Assembly: GCA_905207535.1 (NCBI GenBank) | Contig: CAJLLX010000001.1 | Location: 64,428-128,427, forward strand | DNA length: 64,000 nucleotides | Origin: an uncultured Muribaculaceae bacterium | Lineage (GTDB): Bacteria; Bacteroidota; Bacteroidia; Bacteroidales; Muribaculaceae | Reading direction: 5' to 3' | Shown: positions 57,916-64,000 of the stretch, piece by piece | How the letters are laid out: each line of letters begins with the position of its first letter | Numbering within the stretch: position 1 is the stretch's first letter | Translations under genes and position numbers: made by a program | The notes under the pieces: model-generated | The model's input: the letters and a program-made list of their open reading frames with translations, nothing else | Databases searched by the model: none | What the model was told of the DNA's origin: nothing

Positions 57916-58536
57916 TTATCGCGCTTGCTGCGAGAGCATTGCGTAAAACTCCTGACGGAGTATAGGGTCCGACTCAAAGATGCCGTTGTAGTCAGTGGTG
58001 ACTGTCGTCGAAAGCTGCTTTTCCACCCCTCGCATCTGCATACACAGATGCTGCGCACGGCATTGACACATCACACCTTTCACCGAAAGTGTTTCCTTAA
58101 TCTCGCGGCAGATTTCGGCCGTCAGGCGCTCCTGCACCTGCAGTTTGCGGGCGATGGCATTGACCAGGCGAGGCAGTTTGCTAAGCCCTATCATTTCGCC
58201 GTCAGGCACATATGCCACTGTCACTGTGCCAAAAAACGGGAGGATATGATGCTCGCACATCGAGTAAAACTCTATATCGCGCACCATCACCATCTTAGAT
58301 CCGGCATACTCAAAGATTGCCTGACGAAGCACGTCAGCCGGATTCTGACGGTAGCCCTGAGTGGCAAACCACATGGCTTTAGCTGCGCGCATAGGGGTTT
58401 TCACCAGTCCTTCGCGCTCCGGATCTTCGCCTATCAGCTTGATTATCTCGCGATAATGGCCTGCAATAGCTTCTATGCGTGCTTGCTCCGAAGCTGATTG
58501 TATGTCTGTCTCGAAATCGTTATTTTCGTGTAACAT
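57916..58536 (-). CDS. folE: GTP cyclohydrolase I
   Basis: Motifs REGLVKTP, SMCEHH, GLSKL, QERLT and HLCMQMRG. Confidence 0.97.
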   Translation of the reverse strand: MLHENNDFETDIQSASEQARIEAIAGHYREIIKLIGEDPEREGLVKTPMRAAKAMWFATQGYRQNPADVLRQAIFEYAGSKMVMVRDIEFYSMCEHHILPFFGTVTVAYVPDGEMIGLSKLPRLVNAIARKLQVQERLTAEICREIKETLSVKGVMCQCRAQHLCMQMRGVEKQLSTTVTTDYNGIFESDPILRQEFYAMLSQQAR

Positions 58537-58575
58537 TCCTCTAAGTAACTGATCTAAAAAAATCGGCTGTCAGCC

Positions 58576-59100
58576 TCAGCGCACTATCACTCTGTCGCGC
58601 ACTACTCTCACCTCGCGGGCATAGCGCGGAAACTGACGGCGGATCTCGTCGGCGGCCTTGTCGGCCTCGTATTTCGACCGGAAATTGCCTACACGCAGTC
58701 GCCAGTAGGGCGATGCGTACGACACATAGGTGCCGTAATCGGGAAATGCCTGAGATATGGCGCGTTCGCGCTGACGTGCCTCCGATTTTGCCGTACGGGC
58801 GTTGTTGTCGGCAAACACCTGCACGCGGTAACCTACCACTTTGGTGCCACGGCTGTTGTGAGCCTTTTCTGCCTCGGTATCTTCAGTGGCCTCCTCAGTG
58901 TTTTCCGACTGCTGATCTTGGGAGTCAGGAGAAGGCAAAGCTCTTTGCAAGAGGACTTCCGGTGCTTCGATGCTTATCGGGGAGTCGGGCGACTGCAGAC
59001 GCTCCACAATAGTGACCACCGTAGTAGTGTCCGCCGGAGTTTGTGCCACGGCAGAGCAGATACAGACAATTGCTGCTATAAATAATATCCTGAATCTCAT
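58576..59100 (-). CDS. SPOR domain protein
   Basis: Signal peptide; motifs GYRVQVF and PYWRLRVGNF. Confidence 0.88.
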   Translation of the reverse strand: MRFRILFIAAIVCICSAVAQTPADTTTVVTIVERLQSPDSPISIEAPEVLLQRALPSPDSQDQQSENTEEATEDTEAEKAHNSRGTKVVGYRVQVFADNNARTAKSEARQRERAISQAFPDYGTYVSYASPYWRLRVGNFRSKYEADKAADEIRRQFPRYAREVRVVRDRVIVR

Positions 59101-59292
59101 AAGTCAGTCTGTGCAATGTATTTTATCGGCCGCTATCAGGGAGGGCCTACCGCTGCTCAGTGTTGCTGTAATTGCCTGACATTCTTTTATTGCCGGGATC
59201 GCATCAGCTGACGCAGCTAAAGGATGAGGCCGGTGTGCCGGAGATTTTGCTCCGACACACCGCCTTATCTTATTCCTTGATGGAAAGGGGGA

Positions 59293-60048
59293 TCAGAAAG
59301 CTGTCACGATGCCCATGAACGATGCTGCGTCGAGAGCTGCACCGCCGATGAGGCCGCCGTCTACGTCGGGCTTTGCGAAGAGCTCTGCTGCGTTGCCGGG
59401 CTTGCAGCTGCCGCCGTAGAGGATAGAGGTGTTTTCTGCTACCTCTTTGCCATATTTCTTCTCGATGACCGAACGGATGTGTGCGTGCATATCCTCTGCC
59501 TGGTCGGCTGTAGCGGTTTTACCGGTGCCGATGGCCCATACGGGCTCGTAAGCCAGGATCAGTTTGCCGAAGTCCTCGGCGGAGAGGTCGAAGAGAGCCT
59601 CCTCGATCTGCTTGGTCACAACCTCGTTGTAGGTGCCGTTCTCACGCTGCTCCAGCACTTCGCCGATGCAGAAAATGGGGGTAAGGCCTTCGGCAAGAGC
59701 GAGTTTTACTTTCTCTTTCAGGATCTCGGAAGTCTCGCCATAGTACTGACGGCGCTCAGAGTGACCGAGGATCACATATTTAGCGCCGGTAGAAGCTACC
59801 ATGGGAGCGGATACCTCGCCGGTGTAGGCGCCTTTCAGGTGGTCAGCACAGTTCTCGGCACCCAGACCGAGCTTCTCGCTATCAATCACAGCGGCTACCG
59901 ATGCCAGATGAGTGAAAGGTACGCAGATGATTACGTCGCATTTCTTCTCAGCGCCTTTCAGGGCTTCGTTCACCTCTTTTGCGAGGGTAACACCTTCGGC
60001 AAGAGTGGTATTCATCTTCCAGTTGCCGGCTACAATGTTTTTTCTCAT
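59293..60048 (-). CDS. tpiA: Triose-phosphate isomerase
   Basis: Motifs [24 protein letters not shown] and YGGS. Confidence 0.98.
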   Translation of the reverse strand: MRKNIVAGNWKMNTTLAEGVTLAKEVNEALKGAEKKCDVIICVPFTHLASVAAVIDSEKLGLGAENCADHLKGAYTGEVSAPMVASTGAKYVILGHSERRQYYGETSEILKEKVKLALAEGLTPIFCIGEVLEQRENGTYNEVVTKQIEEALFDLSAEDFGKLILAYEPVWAIGTGKTATADQAEDMHAHIRSVIEKKYGKEVAENTSILYGGSCKPGNAAELFAKPDVDGGLIGGAALDAASFMGIVTAF

Positions 60049-60178
60049 ATCTTTATAAGTAATAAACTATTAGTTTTCAATACTTTCAGTCGCTTTCGGC
60101 TTTCGTTGGCCTTCCTGCTTCCGAGGGGCGTGAAAGCCTGCCGCAAATCAGTTGCAAAGATAACAAAAATCTTGCAAT

Positions 60179-61483
60179 TCAGGATACGTTTGCCTTCTCT
60201 TTTGCCGTGCGGCGGTTTTTTATCCATTTCCTCACAGCCAGGCGTATTCCGAGGATTATCTCCTGACACAGGCAGAGCAACAGCAATCCCCCGCCAAACA
60301 CTAAGTTAAGCCCCATAAACACCCGTCGGCCGTCGCCTCCGGATATCTCCTGCATAAATTGGTCTTTAGATTGGGGAAATTCCAGCACGGTAGGCTCGAG
60401 GGAGGCAACCGAGGTTTTAGATGCTACAGCACCGTCCTTCAGAGTCACCACCGACATGGTGCCGCGGGCCACCTCTTTGAGCTGGGTATCTTCGGCTGTA
60501 TAAACGGGATATTCGGCCATAGCCATATCTTTCCACCGCTCCACAGCCCGGCGGTCGCCACCAAGCAGCGCCACAAACGGCACGCCGATACTGTCGGCAT
60601 ACTCATACATCTCGTTGACCGTAAATGTGTGCGACACATCGGCTCGCAAAGGCTCTGGAATCAACAGCAATATCTGCTCTCCTTCGTCCGACAGCACTTC
60701 ATCTGTCACTTCATCTTCACCATCGTAAATAGCTATGCTTTCGCTATGTACGCTATCTCCTCCCACCGCCCGGCGGTCGACAAACTGCCAGGTGGAGTCG
60801 GGCAGATTATCCATGTCAAACTCCCGCGTCTCCCCGTCTTTTTCGTAGACGAAGACGTAATCATCTTCGCCTTCCGAGTTTTCGCCGGTGAGAGATGATC
60901 CGATGGCATACGGACGGAAATCAACCAACGGTTGAATATTGTACCCGTAAAGCCCTATAATCAAAATGTATAGCGTAATCCACGCGCCTGTGAGCCACTG
61001 TATGGCCGGCTGAAAAAGGCTCTGGCGCACTTTAGCGTTCCAAAGTATCAGCAGCACAAGCGCTGCGGTGATCACTACATTTTTCCAGAACGTGGCCGCA
61101 TTGGAGATCACCCAAAACTCGCCAAAGCATCCGCAGTCGCTCACCGGATCAGCCACCCAGATGTAGAGCGTCAGCGGAAGCATCACTGCCATCATCAGCA
61201 TCAGTCCCCACGGCGCTACCCTCTTGTAGCACCCCAGCGCTAAGAGCATACCGAGCACAAACTCGTAGCCGGAAATGAAGAAAACTGCTATCAGCACTAT
61301 GGTACGCGGCTCTACCACCTGCCATACTGCCAAATATTCCTCAAGTTTAAAAAGAAATCCCCACGGGTCGATCATCTTGACCAGACCCGACATCACAAAC
61401 AACCCTCCGACCAGCACGCGCAGCGCCCACACCACCGCTATTTGCCACGATGGCACGCCGCTCTTTGCTACTTCATCAGTCAT
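60179..61483 (-). CDS. BT_3928-like DoxX/MauE membrane protein
   Basis: Motifs SGLVKMIDPWG and DCGCFG; usual position upstream of tpiA. Confidence 0.82.
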   Translation of the reverse strand: MTDEVAKSGVPSWQIAVVWALRVLVGGLFVMSGLVKMIDPWGFLFKLEEYLAVWQVVEPRTIVLIAVFFISGYEFVLGMLLALGCYKRVAPWGLMLMMAVMLPLTLYIWVADPVSDCGCFGEFWVISNAATFWKNVVITAALVLLILWNAKVRQSLFQPAIQWLTGAWITLYILIIGLYGYNIQPLVDFRPYAIGSSLTGENSEGEDDYVFVYEKDGETREFDMDNLPDSTWQFVDRRAVGGDSVHSESIAIYDGEDEVTDEVLSDEGEQILLLIPEPLRADVSHTFTVNEMYEYADSIGVPFVALLGGDRRAVERWKDMAMAEYPVYTAEDTQLKEVARGTMSVVTLKDGAVASKTSVASLEPTVLEFPQSKDQFMQEISGGDGRRVFMGLNLVFGGGLLLLCLCQEIILGIRLAVRKWIKNRRTAKEKANVS

Positions 61484-62039
61484 TTTGCTCTATTGCAAGC
61501 TTTATCACTCCGAAAAGTGCGTAGTTGATCATATCGCGGTAGTTGGCATCCGGCCCTTCCGAAGCTTCGGTAGCGCCGCAGTGGTCCTCGATCTCTTTGG
61601 TGCGCATGATCTTCATGAGAATCAGGTCGGTATACGAACTGACACGCATCTTGCGCCAGGCTTCGTCGTAATCGTGATTTTTGCGCTCCATCAGCTCGCG
61701 CGTCTCTTTCATATTGCGGTCGTAAAGCTCCAGGGCGCGCTCCACGCTGATATCCTTGCACGATGCGAATCCGCTCTCCAGCTGTATCAGGGCTATGATG
61801 CCGTAGTTGACTATGCCTATAAATCCGTCGAGGATGCTTTCGTCGCTCACCCTCGCATCGCCTTTGGTCTCGAGGGTGCGGATACGGTCGGCTTTTATCA
61901 GCATCTGATCGGTAAGCGACGACGGACGCATCAGGCGCCAGGCCGCGCCGTAGTCGCGCAGCTTGGCGGCATACACCTTGCGGCACATGGCTATCGCTTC
62001 GTCAAACTGTCGTGCGGTCTTCTCGTGCGAATCGTTCAT
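61476..62039 (-). CDS. DUF1599 domain protein
   Basis: Two repeats KLRDYGAAWR / KNHDYDEAWR, each followed by SxTD. Confidence 0.88.
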   Translation of the reverse strand: MNDSHEKTARQFDEAIAMCRKVYAAKLRDYGAAWRLMRPSSLTDQMLIKADRIRTLETKGDARVSDESILDGFIGIVNYGIIALIQLESGFASCKDISVERALELYDRNMKETRELMERKNHDYDEAWRKMRVSSYTDLILMKIMRTKEIEDHCGATEASEGPDANYRDMINYALFGVIKLAIEQND

Positions 62040-62122
62040 ATCTCGGTCTTTTATTGGCGTTTATGTGTTAAAAAAAATGACCGCCGCACCTTCGATTGAT
62101 GCAGCGGTCGTAAAAACCTTCG

Positions 62123-62197
<75 letters not shown>

Positions 62198-62335
62198 ATC
62201 ATGGAAAAAACTTTCAGACAACGCAGCGTCTGTCGTTTCAACGGTGCAAAGGTACGGCTTTTTTTTGAATATGCAAGGGCTTTCTGCAATTTTTTTGCAA
62301 ACCCGCCCTATTTTTCCGTGCCCTTAAAGAAGAAA

Positions 62336-62377
62336 CAGTGTCCGGGTCGGCCCCTACCGTGCGTGCCCCGGACACTG
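62336..62377 (-). terminator. Intrinsic terminator of htpG
   Basis: Stem CAGTGTCCGGG / CCCGGACACTG followed by TTTCTTCTTT on the minus strand. Confidence 0.7.
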
Positions 62378-62394
62378 AAATCTCGTTGCTATGC

Positions 62395-64000
62395 TTATTT
62401 CAGCAGCTCGGTGGAGCGCTCTATGAAGTGTGCCAGCTGTTCGCCGCGCAGCATGCCGTTGGCCAGCAGTGCGAGGTCGATCAGCTGCCCTACCACAGGC
62501 TCACCTTTGGCATACTCCGACGCCACTTCCACAAGTTTCTTGCGATTGGCATCGTTGTCGGCCCGGAGGGTGTCGGTTTGTTTGTGCTTCTCATCCGCGT
62601 TTTCACCGCTCTTGTCCTCCTCTGCCTCTTTGATCTTAGCGTTGTTGGCTTCTATTTCATCGAGCAGGGGCTTCACGCTGTCGGTAAGTGCGGCGTAAGC
62701 GCGGTCGGCCATATGCTGCACTACCGGATTCTCGGTGTTGACACGCAGCGAGTAGCTGTCGGGCATCTCGCCGTAGAAGTTCAGGCCCGGCTGCAGAGCC
62801 GCCATCTCTTTCATGCGTCGCATGTATTCGTCCTGAGTGATCACTATAGGCGAATCGGTAGGCTTCATGGCCTCGAAGGTGACAAAAAATTGAGCTTTGT
62901 CGGTCTTCGGCAGCTGGCTCTGGAATACCGAGATGAGGATTTCGCGCTGCACATCGGTCAGATCCACCTCTTTGCGTTCATCTTTGGGAATCAGATTGTC
63001 GATCACATCCGAATCGACACGCACGAAGCGGCTCTTCTCGATCTTGTGCTCGAGCAGCCCTACGAAGTGGGTGTCAAGCTGTCCGTCCATCACAAGCACG
63101 TCGTAGCCACGGTCGGTGGCTGCCTTTATATAGTTGTACTGAGCGGTGGTGTCGGTGGAGTAAAGGAATACCACGTTACCCTCGCGGTCGGTCTGATTGG
63201 GCTCAATCAGCTGCTTGTACTCCTCCATGGTGAAGTACTTCCCTTCAGTGTCCTTGACAAGGGCGAACTTCATGGCTGCGTCGCAGAATTTTTCATCGGT
63301 CAGCATGCCGTACTCTATGAAAAGCTTGATGTCGTCCCATTTGCTCTCGAACTCTTTGCGGTCGGCGCGGAAAAGCTCGTCGAGACGCGATGCCACTTTC
63401 TTGGTGATGTATCCCGAAATCTTCTTCACGGCGGTGTCGCTCTGCAGATACGAACGGGATACGTTCAGCGGGATGTCTGGCGAATCTATCACGCCCTGCA
63501 TCAGCATCATGAACTCGGGCACCACTCCCTCTACCGAATCTGTGACATACACCTGATTGCAGTAGAGCTGGATGCGGTTGCGGGTCACGTCGATGTTGTT
63601 CTTGATCTTCGGGAAGTAGAGGATGCCGGTGAGATGGAAGGGATAATCGACGTTGAGGTGTATCCAGAAGAGAGGATCGTCCTGACCGGGATACAGTTCG
63701 TGGTAGAAATTGCGGTAGTCTTCGTCGGTGAGGTCCGAGGGCTTGCGTGTCCAGGCGGGTTCGGTGATGTTTACGATGTTCGGACGGTCGGTATCCTTCA
63801 TCGCGCCGTCTTTCCACTCCTGCTCCATGCCAAACTGCACGGGTACCGGCAGGAAGCGGCAATATTTCTTAAGCAGGGTTTCGATGCGTGCTTTTTCGAG
63901 AAATTCTTTGTTCTCATCGTCGATGTAAAGCACGATGTCGGTGCCGCGCTCGGCTTTGTCCGACGGCTCCATCGTAAACTCTGGCGACCCGTCGCAACTC
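62395..64000 (-). CDS. htpG: Chaperone HtpG (Hsp90), 5' end outside the window
   Basis: Motifs RGTDIVLYI, LYCNQVYVTD and GVIDSPDIPLNVSRSYLQ. Confidence 0.96.
   Translation of the reverse strand, partial: SCDGSPEFTMEPSDKAERGTDIVLYIDDENKEFLEKARIETLLKKYCRFLPVPVQFGMEQEWKDGAMKDTDRPNIVNITEPAWTRKPSDLTDEDYRNFYHELYPGQDDPLFWIHLNVDYPFHLTGILYFPKIKNNIDVTRNRIQLYCNQVYVTDSVEGVVPEFMMLMQGVIDSPDIPLNVSRSYLQSDTAVKKISGYITKKVASRLDELFRADRKEFESKWDDIKLFIEYGMLTDEKFCDAAMKFALVKDTEGKYFTMEEYKQLIEPNQTDREGNVVFLYSTDTTAQYNYIKAATDRGYDVLVMDGQLDTHFVGLLEHKIEKSRFVRVDSDVIDNLIPKDERKEVDLTDVQREILISVFQSQLPKTDKAQFFVTFEAMKPTDSPIVITQDEYMRRMKEMAALQPGLNFYGEMPDSYSLRVNTENPVVQHMADRAYAALTDSVKPLLDEIEANNAKIKEAEEDKSGENADEKHKQTDTLRADNDANRKKLVEVASEYAKGEPVVGQLIDLALLANGMLRGEQLAHFIERSTELLK

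Overview
The window is 64 kb of core chromosome from a gut Bacteroidales bacterium, probably Muribaculaceae-like (inferred from gene content and TAnnTTTG promoters). It holds about 60 mostly housekeeping CDSs (glmS, folC, sppA, lpxK, thiL, nusB, yajC, coaE, udk, lptB, prfC, recN, coaBC, dnaN, ileS, rplY, pth, folE, tpiA, htpG and others), one tRNA-His, and a small histone H1-like gene that the ORF track misses. I recognised no transposase, prophage, rRNA or CRISPR array. The main signal is that the window appears to span the replication terminus. Strand composition and codon bias flip across a gene-free stretch of about 2 kb (20237-22251). That stretch holds a 28-bp dif-like Xer site (20837-20864), two different tandem-repeat blocks on either side of it, and an AT-rich array of palindromes leading into an XRE-HTH gene. 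Together these may form an uncharacterised Bacteroidetes terminus module (hypothesis). Other oddities: a NusB with an internal tandem duplication of about 166 aa, a degenerate ThrC paralog, a terminator inside the glmS leader, a hydrolase / membrane-anchored MurF / Ddl operon, a GIHH-motif IleRS, and a 20-bp duplication that creates a five-codon uORF.
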